A DNA stretch of 64,000 bases from Mobula hypostoma (taxonomy: Eukaryota), in assembly GCF_963921235.1 (NCBI RefSeq), contig NC_086097.1, positions 172,300,001 through 172,364,000 on the forward strand, read 5' to 3'. A program made the position numbers and the translations under genes. Within the stretch, counting starts at the first letter, position 1, and each line of letters opens with the position of its first letter. The notes beneath the pieces were generated by a model. The model made no database searches and had not been told where the DNA came from. It saw only the letters and a program-made list of their open reading frames with translations. Below are positions 11,430-23,488 of the stretch, piece after piece.

Positions 11430-12742
11430 ACATGAACAACATAGAACATACAGTAGAGCAATACAGCACAGTATAGGCCATTCAGCCCGCGATATTGTAC
11501 CGACCTTTTAACCTACTCCAAGGTCAATCTAATACTCCCCTCCCCCCACATTGCTCTCCACTTTTTCTTTCATCCATCTGCTTATCTAACAGTCTTTTAA
11601 ATGTGCCTTTTGTATCAGCCTCCGCCACCATTCCCGGCATTGCTTTCCATGTGCTTACCACTTGGTCAAAAACCTACCTCTAACATCTTCCCTGTACTTT
11701 AATTACTTTAAAAGTACAAGTTCAAAAGCTCAATGTAATATTTATTATCAGAGTACATACATGTCACCACATACAACGCTTCGCAAATCTATAGAACAGT
11801 ATCTGTAAACAATGGACAAACTGTGCAAATGCAGGTATAAATAAATAGCAATAACAAGCATAAGTTAACAAGATAAAATAATCCTTAAATGAGTGTAGTT
11901 ATCCCCTTTTGTTCAGGAGCCTGATGGTTGAGCCTTGAGGCTCCCGTACCTTCTACCTGATAGCAACAGCAAGAGAAGCACACGGCCTGGGTGGTGAGGA
12001 TCTCTGATGATGGATGCTGCTTTCCTAGGCCATATTTCATGTAGATGTGCTCAATGGTTGGGAGTATTTTTACCCGTGACATACTGGGCTGAATTCATTA
12101 CCTTTTGTAGGATTTTCAGTTCAAAGGCAATGGTGTTCCCAAACCAGGCCATAATGTAGTCAGCACACTTTCCACTACGCATCTATAGAAGTTTGTCAAG
12201 GTTTCTGATGACATGCTGAATCTCCGCAGACTGCTGAGGAAGTAGAGGCACTGTCGTGCTTTCTTCACAATTATATTTATAAGATGTGTCCAAGACAGGT
12301 CCTCTGAGATAGTGACACCCAGGAATTTGAAGTGACTAACCCTCTCCACCTCTGATCCTCCAATGATTACAGGCTCATGGACCTCTGGTTTCCCTCTCCT
12401 GAAGCCTACAATCAGTTGCTTAGTCTTATTGACATTGACTGAGAGGTTGTTGTTATTGCACCACTCAGCCAAGTTTTCAGTCTCCCTCCTGTATGCTGAT
12501 TCATCACCACCTTTGATACAGCCCACGACAGTGGTGGTCATCAGCAAACTTGTATATCGTGTTGGAGCTGTACTTAGCCACACAGTCTTATGCCTTCTCA
12601 AATTAGCCATTGATGTCCATGAAAAAGATGCTGCCTGTCCACCCTATCTATGCCTCTCATTATCCTATACACCTTTATCAAGTCACCTCTCATCCTCTGC
12701 CGTTCTAAAAAGGAAAGTTGTAGCTTGGTCCACCTTTCTATG
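11430..12742 (-). mobile_element. CR1 3' fragment interrupted by Rex1 (11715-12585)
   Basis: CR1 tail catagaaca...cagcacagtataggcc on the plus strand; CR1 sequence resumes at ~12590 (ctatctatgcctctcattatcctatacacc). Confidence 0.7.
11715..12585 (-). mobile_element. Rex1/Babar LINE RT to 3' fragment
   Basis: ORF 12116..12610(-): AYRRETENLAEWCNNNNL.VNVNKTK...FKFLGVTISEDLSW...KKARQCLYFL. Confidence 0.85.
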
Positions 12743-12745
12743 AGA

Positions 12746-12820
12746 AAAGGTATTGAGATTGGCTGTCAAGTGCAATACTCAGGGAATGAGTAGTGCACTT
12801 GACAGCCAATCATTGTCTTT
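12746..12820. repeat. Compact inverted repeat / hairpin
   Basis: gattggctgtcaagtgca (12757-12774) is the perfect reverse complement of 12794-12811; inner tactca/tgagta stem closes a gggaa loop. Confidence 0.9.
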
Positions 12821-12964
12821 GAGGGGAATATTAAACCTTGAAGAATGAAGGAAGAATCTTTGAAATCAGTCTTCCACTACATCACTGACAGCATAACATT
12901 TCATAATTTTTTGACACTTTACAGTGCAAGAGAGCTTTTCCAAAGAAACCAGCTTCCTTCTCTC

Positions 12965-13075
12965 TCCAATCAGTCCTGATGCAGGCTCTTGGACTGAAAT
13001 ATCGGCAATTCCTTTTCCTACACAGATGTTGCTTGACTGACTAGTTACCTCCAGAAGTTTGATTTTTGCTCAAAG
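12965..13075 (+). mobile_element. Penelope pseudo-LTR remnant with dead hammerhead core
   Basis: cagtcctgatgcaggctcttggactgaaatatc...cacagatgttgcttgactg. Confidence 0.6.
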
Positions 13076-13409
13076 AAGACTACAACCATTACCATAACCA
13101 TTCTCCACACTTGTAACTGTGAGATTGAAGTGCAGATACAGAGCAGACTGCTAATAGTTTGGGTTGAGAATGCAGTGAGAACTTGTTTTATACAAAACAG
13201 CTGCCCACAGCACACACAGACACACATATAAAGGAAAGGGATAAAAGAATTCGGTGCTTTCATGTCAACAAATCTGTCAGTAAATTAACAAAGCACAAAA
13301 GATCGATATGACACTAGGTTAATATTGGAGGAACAGTGGTACTGCAAATAACAAGTCAAAGACAAAGTTATTGTCATATGCACACATACACGTATGCAGA
13401 GAATCTTAC

Positions 13410-13875
13410 CTGGTCCCTCAACACCACCTCTTTAGTCATGAAATGACAGCGATGTCTCTACTTCCTGAGGAGACTGAGGCAAACAAAGCTCACCGCACTC
13501 CCATTCTAACCCATTTTTACAGGAGCAAAATTGAGGTTGTCCTGAACCGCTGCATCACTTTCTGGTGTGGGAATTGCAAAGACCACAAGACCCTACAAAA
13601 GATTGTGAGGACAGCTGAGAGGATCATCAGGATCTCCCTTCCACAGATCCAGATGGTGACACAACCAGTTAGAATACTCTCCAAGGTACATCTGTACAAA
13701 TTTACTGGACTCTTTGGTGACATATCAACTCTCCTCAAACACCTAATGAAATATAGCCACTGCCGTGCCTTCTTTGTAATTGCATTAAATATGTTGGGGC
13801 CAGGATAGATCTTCAGAGATGTTGACACCCAGGAACTAAAAACCGCTCACCCTTTCCACTCTGATCCCTCGATGG
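13410..13875. mobile_element. Two Rex1 fragments in opposite orientation
   Basis: Plus strand CITFWCGNCKDHKTLQKIVRTAERII; minus strand KKARQWLYFIRCLRR...YRCTLESILTGC. Confidence 0.7.
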
Positions 13876-14099
13876 TACAATATATTTTCCATTTTTTGAA
13901 GCAGGTGAGAACTTCTGACAACAGAAGTGAGTGGTTGAACATGTCTGTAAGTACTCCAGCAACCGGTCTGCACAGATTTTAATATTTGGTCAGATATGCC
14001 AAAAGGACCAGATGCCCTTTTGTGGATTCACCCTCTTGAAGTATGCCCAGACATTGGCTTCAGGGAGGGAGTGAGTGTACATCATACTTCTCCCTCTCA

Positions 14100-15220
14100 A
14101 AGTGTGCAAAGACAGCATAAAAGGAAAAGAGAGGGCAATACAGTGGGAACTTAGAGGATTGGGAAGCTTTGGAAAAAAAACGGTAGGCAATTACAAATGC
14201 CATGAGGAGAGAAGAGATGAAATACGATGATAAGTTAGCCAATAATATAAAAGAGGATACCAAGAGGATATAAAGAGTAAAATAGAGACAAGATTGGATA
14301 TTGGACTGCTGGAAAATGATAATGGAGAGGTAGTATGGGGGACAAGGAAATGGCGGGTGAACTTAATCACTGTGGAAGATACTGGCAGAATACTAGAAAT
14401 ACCAGAGTGCCAAGGGGCAGAAATGAGTGTAGTTGTTATTACTAAAAGAGAAGCTGCTTGGGATGCTGAGAAGTCTGAAGGTAGATAAGTCACCTAGATC
14501 GGATGGACCACACCCCAGGGTCCTGAAACAGGTCGCTGAAGAGATTGTGGAGATATTAGTAATGATCTGTCATGAATCACTGGATACTGGAATTGTTCCA
14601 GAAGACTTGAAAGTTGCAAATGTCACTCCACTCTTCAAGGGAAGGAGGCAGTAGAAAGGAAATTACAGTCCAGTTAGCCTGACTTCAATGGTTGGAAAGA
14701 TGTTGGGTTCATTATTAAAGATGAAGTTTCGAGGTACTTGGAAGTACAAGATAAAATAGGCCAATGTTGGCATGGTTTTCTTTAAGGGAAATCTTGTCTG
14801 ACAAATCTGTTGGAATTCTTTGAGGAAATAATAGGAAAGGTAGACAAGGGATATTCAGTAGATGTTGTTTATTTGGATTTTTAGAAGGCCCTTGACAAGG
14901 TGCTGCACATGAGGCTGCTTAACAAGATAAGAGCCCATGGTGTGACAAGGAAGATACTAGCATGGGTAGAAGATTGGCTGATGGACGCAGAGCAAAAAGT
15001 GGGAATAAAAGGGGCCTTTTCTGGTTGGCTGCTGATGGTATTGGGACTACTTCTTTTCACATTATATGTCAATGATTTGGATGATGGAATTGATGGATTT
15101 GTGGTTAAGCTTGCATACAATATGAAGATAGGTGAATAAGAGGTAGCGTTCAGGAGGCAGAAGGACATAGTCATTTTAGGAGAATGGATAAAGTAGTGTT
15201 AGATAGAATATAGTGTAGGG
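14100..15220 (+). mobile_element. CR1 ORF2 (RT) fragment
   Basis: DKSPRSDGPHPRVLK..VPEDLKVANVTPLFK; RLLNKIRAHG..WVEDWL; LFTLYVNDLD. Confidence 0.85.
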
Positions 15221-15224
15221 ACCT

Positions 15225-16300
15225 TTTCATTGCCAACTGCCAACAGGACATCAACAGCCTCGACTTCAATACTCTTCTTTCCAATTCCAACCTCACTCCT
15301 TCCGAACATTCTACTCTCCACGCCCTCCGCACTAATCATACTCTCACCATCAAACCCGCAGATAAAGTGGATGCTGTAGTAGTCTGCTGTACTGACCTCT
15401 ACCTTGCTGAGGCCCAACGACAACTCTCAGACACCTCCTCTTACTTACCCTTCAAACAGGATCCCACTAAAGAGCACCAGGCCGTTGTCTCCCATACCAT
15501 CACTGACCTTATTAGCTCTGGGGATCTCCCATTCACCGCTATCAATCTCATAGTACCTGCACCCCACCCTTCCATTTCTACCTCCTACCAAAGATCCACA
15601 AACCCGTGTGCCCAGGTAGACCCTTGTCTCAGCTTGTTCCTGACCCACTGAACTCATACCTGCAACCTCGACTCTGTTTTATTCCCCCCTAGTTCAGTCC
15701 CTTCCTACCTACATCTGTGACACTTCACAAGCTCTGGATTTTTTCAATGATTTCCAAGTTCCCTGGCCCCGATCATCTTATTTTCACTATGGGTATCCAG
15801 TGCCTATACACCTCTATCCCTCTACCAGGAAGACCTCAAAGCTCTCCGTTTCTTTCTAGACACCAGACCCAACCAGTTCCCCTCCACCACCACTCTCCTT
15901 CACCTAGCAGAACTTGTCCTCACTCTTATTAATTCCTCTTCCCACTTCCTTCAAATAAAAGATGTAGCCATTGGACCTGCATGGGTTCCAGCTATGTCTG
16001 CCTTTTTGTCGACTACGTAGAACAGTCAATGGTCCAAGCCTACAATGGTGTCTGTCCCTCACTTTTCCTACATTACGTCGATGACTGCACCCATGTGGAG
16101 CTCGTCGACTTCATCAACTTTGTCTCCAACTTCCACCCTGCCCTCAAATTTGCCTGGTCCAATTCCAACACCTCCCTCCTCTTTCTCAATCTCACTGTCT
16201 CCATCTCTGGAGACAGCTTATCCACTGATGTCTATTACAAACCCACGGACTCTCACAGCTACCTGCACTATACCTCCTCCCACCCTGTTACTTGTAAAAA
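15225..16300 (+). mobile_element. Penelope-like RT fragment, same family as 5449-7697
   Basis: TDLYLAEAQRQLSDTSSY; MGSSYVCLFV..FLHYVDD..YYKPTDSHSYL. Confidence 0.88.
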
Positions 16301-16304
16301 TGTA

Positions 16305-17230
16305 TCCCCGAAGTGTTATCAGCCTTACTCCTTAGGGAAAATTACTGTTTTTGAGTCTGGTGCTCCAGGTGTGGATGCTACGTAGCCTTCTCACTGATGG
16401 GAATGGGACAAACAGTCCATCAGCAGGGTGGGTAGAACCAATAATGATGTTGCTAGCCTCTTTCTGTATATATGTCCTTGATGGTGGGTAGGCTGGTGCC
16501 AGTGATGATTGGGCAGTTTTGACTACCCGCTGTAGAAATTTCTTGTCCGCTGCAGTGCAGCTTCTGTACCATGTAGTGATGTTGTACACTCTCTACTGTG
16601 CCTCTGCAGAAGGACACGAGTATGCATGTGTATAGTCCAGCTTCCTCAGAAAATAGAGACAATGGTGAGCTTAGTTGATTGTGTAGGATGTGTTCTGAGA
16701 CCATGAAAGACTGAGATGTGCACTCACAGGAGTTTGAAACTGTTCGCAGTTTCTACTGCTGTGCCATCAACGTAAAGGGGGTTGTGTGTGGTGCAAGTTC
16801 TCCAGTCAATAACCATCTCCTTCGTCTTATTGACATTGAGGATGAGGTTATTTGGCTGGCACTAGGCTTTGAACTCTTTCACCTCTCCTCCGTAGGCCAT
16901 CTCATCATTTTCAGTGATTAACTCTACCACTGTCATGTCATCGGTGAATTTGATGATGTAATTATTCAAGTGTTTCTCCATGCAGTCATGTATGAGCAGA
17001 GTGTACAGCAGTGGGCTCAGCACTCAGCCCCTAGGTGGGGGAGGATGGGCACAAATGTTGAGGATGATGTAGAGGATGTGCATCCTGACTACTTGAGATC
17101 TATTGCTTAGGAGGTCTCAACACCCAGATGAATGCTGAACTGAAATCCAGAAACTGCATTCTGATGCAAGTGTTCTTGTTTTCTACATGTGTCAGGGCCA
17201 GGTGCATGACAAATGCTACACCATCTGTCT
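16305..17230 (-). mobile_element. Rex1/Babar fragment
   Basis: ITTWYRSCTAADKKFLQRVVKTAQ...RLRSIH..STRLKNS. Confidence 0.75.
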
Positions 17231-17249
17231 AAGAATGGCTCTGTCGGTA

Positions 17250-20200
17250 AGCACATTGGTAAAGAGCAGAAGTAGGCCATTTGGCCCATCAAGTCTGCTC
17301 CGCCATTCAATCATGGACTGATCCAATTCTTCCAGTCATCCCAACTCCCCTGCCTTCACTCCATACCTTTTGATGCCCTGGCTAATCAAGAACCTATCTA
17401 TCTCTGCCTTAAATGCACCCAATGACTTGGTCTCTACAGCCACTCGTGGCAACAAATTCCATAGATTTACCACCCTCTGACTAAAGTAATTTCTCCGCAT
17501 CTCTGCTTTAAATGGTTGCCCTTCAATTCTGAAGTTGTTTCCTCTTGTCCTAGACTCCCCTACCATGGAAAATAAATTTGCCATATCTAATCTGTTCAGG
17601 CCTTTTAACATTTGGAATGTTTCTATGATATCCGCATTCTCCTGAACTCCAGGGAATACAGCCCAAGAGCTGCCAGACATTCCTCATCTGGTAACCCTTT
17701 CATTCCTGGAATCATTCTCGTGAATCTTCTGTGAACCCTCTCCAATGGCAGTATATCCATTCTAAACTGCACACAATACTCCAAGTGTGGTCTCATGAGT
17801 GCCTTAGAGCCTCAACATCACATCCCTGCTCTTATATTCTATACCTCTAGAAATGAATGACAACATTGCATTCACCTTCTTTAACTCAACCTGGAGGTTA
17901 ATCTTTAGGGTATCCTGCACAAGGACTCCCAATTCCCTTTGCATCTCTGCATTTTGAATTCTCCCCCCCACCCACTAAATAATAGTCTGCCCATTTATTT
18001 CTTCCAAAGTGCATGACCATACACTTTCCAATATTGTATTTCATTTGCACTTCTTTGCCCATTCCCCTAAACTATCTAAGTCTCTCTGCAGACTCTGTTT
18101 CCTCAACACTACCTGCTCCTCCACCTATCTTTGTATCATCGACAAATTTAGCCACAAATCCATTAATCTCATAGTCCAAATCATTGACATACATCGTAAA
18201 AAGCAGCGGTTCCAACACTGACCCCTGTGAAACTCCATTGGTAACCAGCAGCCGACCAGAACTGGATTCCTTTATTCCCACTCTGTTTTCTGCCGATCAG
18301 CCAATGCTCCACCCATGCTAGTAACTCCCCTGTAATCCCATTTTGCTAAGCAAGTCTCATGTGCAGCATCTGGTCAAAGGCTTGAAAATCCAAGTACACC
18401 ACATCTACTGCATCTCCTTTGTCTACCCGGCTTGTAATTTCCTCAAAAACTTGCAGTAGGTTTGTCAGGCAGGATGCTGGCTTTGGCCTATCTTGTCACG
18501 TGCCTTCAGGTTCTCTGTAATCTCATCCCTTAACAATCGATTCCAACAACTTCCCAACCACTGATGTCAGGCTAAGAGGTCTATAGTCTCTTTCTGTTGT
18601 CTCCCACCCTTCTCAATTAGTGAAGTAACATTTGCAATTTTCCATTCATCCAGTACAATGCCAGAATCTATCGATTCTTGAAAGATCATTGTTAATACTT
18701 CTGCAATCTCTCCAGCTACTTCCTTCAGAACTCAAGGGTGCATTCCATCAGGTCCAGGAGATTTATCCACCCTCAGACCATTAAACTTCCTGAACACCTT
18801 CTCAGTCATAATTTTCACTGCACATACTTCACTTCACTGACACTCTTGAATGTCTGATATACTGCAGATGTCTTCCACTGTGAAGACTGATGCAAAATAT
18901 GCATTTGGTTTCCCTGCCATCTCTGTGCCTCTCATTACAATATCTCCAGCATCATTTGTATGGGTCCTGTATCTACCCTCAACTCTCTTTTACCCTTCAT
19001 ATACTTATAAAAGCTTTTAGTATCTTCTTTGATATTAGTCACCAGCTTCCTTTCATAATTCATCTTTTCCTTCCTAATGACCTACTTAGTTTCCTTCTGA
19101 AAGTTTTTAAAAGCTTCCCAATCTATCTTCCCACTAGCTTTGGCTTCTTTGTATGCCCTCTCTTTTGCTTTTACTTTGGCTCTGACTTCACTTGTCAGCC
19201 ACAGTAGTGTCCTTCTTCCATTCAAAAATTTCTTCTTATTTGGAATATATCTGACTTGCACTTCTCTCATTTTTCGCACAAACTCCAGCCATTGCTGCTC
19301 TTCTGTCCTTCCTGCTAGTGTCTCTTTCCATTTAACCTTGGCCAATTCCCCTCTCATGCCGTTGTAATTTCCTTTATTCCATTAAAATACCGACACATTG
19401 GAATTTAGCTTCTCCTTCTCAAATTTCACAGAGAATTCGATCATATTGTGATCACTGTCTCCCAAGAGTTCCTTAACCTTAAGCTCTCTTATCACCTCCA
19501 GATCATTGCACAACACTCAATCCAGCACGCTGACCCCCCCCAGTGGGTTGAACAACAAGCTATTCTAAAAAGCCGTCCCTTAGACATTCTACAAATTCTC
19601 TCTTGAGGTCCAGTACTGGCCGGGTTTTCCCAATCCACTTTCATGTTAAAATCCCCAATGATTATTACCCTTCCGACTTGCCTTTTCTATCTCCTGCTGT
19701 AATTTGTAATCCACATTCAGGCTGCTATTTGGAGGCCTGTATTCAACTGCTATTAGGGTCCTTTTACCCTTGTCATTTCTTAACTCAACCCATAGAGTCT
19801 CTACACTTTCCACTCCCATGTTATCCCTTTCTAATAATTTAGTATTATTTCTTATACAGAGGGCCACATCACCTCCTCTGCTTCCTGACCTATCTTTCAG
19901 ATACACCGTTGGACATTCAGTTCCCAATGGCAGCCACTCTTCAGCCAAGTTTCAGAGATGATCCTCTACTTGCCAATCTGTAGCTAAATTTCAAGATTGT
20001 CCATTTCATTTCTCATGTTGTGTGCATTCAAATATAAAATTCAGTCCAGTGTTTGTTGCTTTCTGTTTTAACTGCACCACGCCTCTATTGCCCTGTAACT
20101 CATCCCATTGGCTATGATTATACGTCGTCTCCTGCCTGTCCTTTCTATCACCTCTGTTGCATGCTATCTTCAATTAATTTCTGTTTCCCCCTCCTCAGCC

Positions 20201-21150
20201 CTATCACTCCAGTTCCCATCCCCCTGCCAAATTAGTTTAAACGCACCCGAACAGTTCTATTAGACCTGCCTGCTAGGATATTGAACCCCTTTGGGTTGGG
20301 GTGTAACCCGTCCTTTTTGTACAGGTCGTACCTCCCCCAAGAAGAGGCCCCAATGATCCAGGAACCAGAAGCCCTGCCCCTACACCAGTCTCTTAGCCAC
20401 ACATTAATATGCCTGTTCACACTATTCTTGTGCTCATTAGCACATGGCACAGGCAGCAATCCTGAGATTACTACCCTGGAGGTCCTGCTTTTCAGCTTCC
20501 TACCCAACTCCATGAATTCTCTCTTCAGGACCTCCTCCCTTTTTCTACCTATGTCATTGGTACCAACGTGTACCAAGTCTTCTAGCTGTTCACCCTCTCC
20601 CTTCAGAATACTCTGCACCCGATCAGAGACATCCCATACCCTGGCATCTGGGAGGCAACACGCCATGCGGGTATCTCTATCAGGCTGACAGAACCTCCTG
20701 TCTGTTCCCCTCACTATGCAATCCCCTATGACTACCGCATTCCTCATCTTCTTCTCTCCCTTCTGCACCATGGAACCAGGCTCAGTGCCAGAGACCCGAT
20801 CGCCATGGTCGTCCTCTGTCAGGTCACTCCCCTCAACATAATCCAAAATGAGATAACAATTGCTTGAGGAGGATGGCCACAGGGCTGCTCTCTACTATAT
20901 GAGCTCTTCCCATCCCTTCCTTGACAGTCACCCACTTATCTAACTCATGCAGCCTCGGGGTGACTAACTCCTTGTAGCTCTTATCTATCTCCTGCTTACT
21001 TTCCCTACTAAGTTGTAGGTCAAGAAGCCGCAGCTCCAGATCCCTAACGCAGTCTCTCAGAAGCTGCATCTTGGTGCATCTGGTGCTGATGTGGCCATCT
21101 GGGAGACTGGAAGATTCCCAGAATTCCCACATCTAACACCCAGAGCAAAG
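17250..21150 (-). mobile_element. Near full-length degenerate CR1 LINE (esterase ORF1 + APE/RT ORF2)
   Basis: ORF1 VIGDCIVRG...VHVGTNDI...DGLHPN; endonuclease GGDVAL..YRPPN; RT GVSQGSVLEPLLF..KFVDDTK; 3' FSQRVVNLWN. Confidence 0.9.
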
Positions 21151-22623
21151 TAGTAACTCTACAGACATGCTCTCTATTCCTCTAAAAAAAATGCAAGGAA
21201 AAAATGTCCACTTACCTTGCTGAAGCCCGAATGAACCAAAGCCCTACCACTCTACCTCAGACCACACCGTTGATGACCACTCCTCTAGGTAGTGTCTTCC
21301 TTTTATGCCTGAACCTTCCCTGCTCTCCAACTCAACCCTTGTTAAGTGTCTAGTGTGACAGGAATGAAGTTTTTAAAACATGCCACTGCAAGACATTTTA
21401 ATCAATTTGAGTGAGAATAGTCTCACCTTGATATGTTCACTGTTTTCCCTCTCCACAGATGCTGCCTGACATGGTGGGTGGCTCCAGCATTTTCTGTGTT
21501 TATCTTAGTTAAAACCCCTGTTGGTTCCTTGTACTTATTAGGGTATAAAGCATGGACAAGTGCTTGTGAATATCATAAAACTGCGTACAGCTGCCCAATC
21601 CCTTTAATGTTTATTTGAGTTAAATGTGTTCTTGTTGCAGATCTAGCTACTGGATTGAAAATTTATAGGCATGGGGATTAAATGGATAGATTTGGGCTGT
21701 TCTTTTTGAAATTGAAGAGGGGATTGAAGTCTCTAGTTGTATAAAATTGTGACGGCATTAGATAAAAGAAACAAGAAAGGAGCTTGGATTGGAAATGACC
21801 CAAAAGAGAGATATAATCAACTTACTCCTGGGGCAAATAGGCTGACTTATCACAAGCAGCGCAAGAAATTAATTCGATACTCTTTGGAATTTAGAAGAAT
21901 GAGTATTAAAACGTGCAAGATTCTTAGGAGCTTATGACAAGAATGATGCTGACGTGCTTTAGAGAGAAAGGGGTTTACAGAAAAGCATCTACACAAAGCA
22001 ATATCACAGAAAAGCAGCATCCATTATCAGACCCCCCATCACCACCCAGGACCATAGAAACCATAGAAAAACTACAGCACAGAAACATTTTCCCATTGTC
22101 CCACTGACTTGCACATGGACCATATCCCTCCATACACCTCCCATCCATGTATCTGTCCAATTTATTCTTAAATGTTAAAAAAGAACCCGCATTTACCACC
22201 TCATCTGGCAGCTCATTCCACACTCCCACCACTCCCTGTGTGAAGAAGCCCCCCCCCCCATGTTCCCTTTAAACTTTTCCCTCTTCACCCCTAACCCACG
22301 TCCTCTGGTTCTTTTCTCCCCTTGCCTCAGTGGAAAAAGCCTGCTTGCATTCACTCTATCTATACCCATCATAACTTTATATACCTCTATCAAATCTCCC
22401 CTCATTCTTCTACACTCCAGGGAATAAAGTCCTAACCTATTCAACCTTTCTCTGTAACTGAGTTTCTCAAGTCCCGGCAACATCCTTGTAAACCTTCTCT
22501 GCACTCTTTCAACCTTAGTTATATCCTTCCTGTAATTTGGTGACCAAAACTGAACACAATACTCTAGATTCGGCCTCACCAATGCCTTATACAACCTCAT
22601 CATAACATTCCAGCTCTTATACT

Positions 22624-23434
22624 TGTTTTGTACCCCATAACTGGGTTGCCAAACCAGCAGAAATGGAACGCTCATTGGAGTCTGGATTACTAGGAACTAA
22701 TAAAGTTTTATTAAAGACATAAGTAATACAGTACACTAATCGCAAGGATATAAATGTAACAGGTTAGCAATGATAATACACACATATACACAGAACTAGG
22801 GTAATAGGAATCAACCAAGCTCTATCGCAGTCTAGGGGTAAAATGATCAGTCTTAAGTGAAGCAGAGTTCAGTTCAGTTTAGTGCAGTTCGCAGTAATCG
22901 CTGTTGTTGTACCATTGGAGGGAGAGTGAGACAGAGAGAGTGAGAGATGCAGTTGGTTTCGGGCAGACCTTTTGATGTCTTCTGATACCGCTGTGGTCAC
23001 CGACTGTGACCCTTCCGTTCCGAATACGATCGTTCTTCCGCGGTGAACTCGGCACCCAGGCAAGTGGGGACACACACCCCAGATTCCCACCGATCATCCC
23101 TTTACACCCTGTGAGCCTCTGACCAACTTCCACGAACTGGTCCTCCAAACTCTCACCAACTTGTGGGGGCACACTGCTCTTTCCAGGGTCTCATGGCATG
23201 TCGTGCATTAGCAAACCTGCTCTTTTTATCCCCCTACTGAGGTGTCACCTGTCGATCAAATTTCAAACAGTTCAGGTTCAAAGCAAACGGGCTGTCAATA
23301 TCTGAATTGTGTTTCTTTCTCGTTAATCTCTCTCTTCTCTCTTATTAGCATTTTGAATGTTTCTCCATTGTCTTCCGTTATCTCTCTCATTAGCATCATC
23401 CCTCCGGTAGCTCTGCTTAGCGTCACACATGACA
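22624..23434 (-). mobile_element. Solo LTR (811 bp), probably Ty3/Gypsy
   Basis: TGT...ACA termini; 4-bp TSD tact (22620-22623 and 23435-23438); removing it restores the CR1 sequence; minus-strand AATAAA near 22707. Confidence 0.85.
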
Positions 23435-23488
23435 TACTCAATACTTTGATTAATAAAGGCCAATGTACCAAAAGCTCTCTTTACAACC

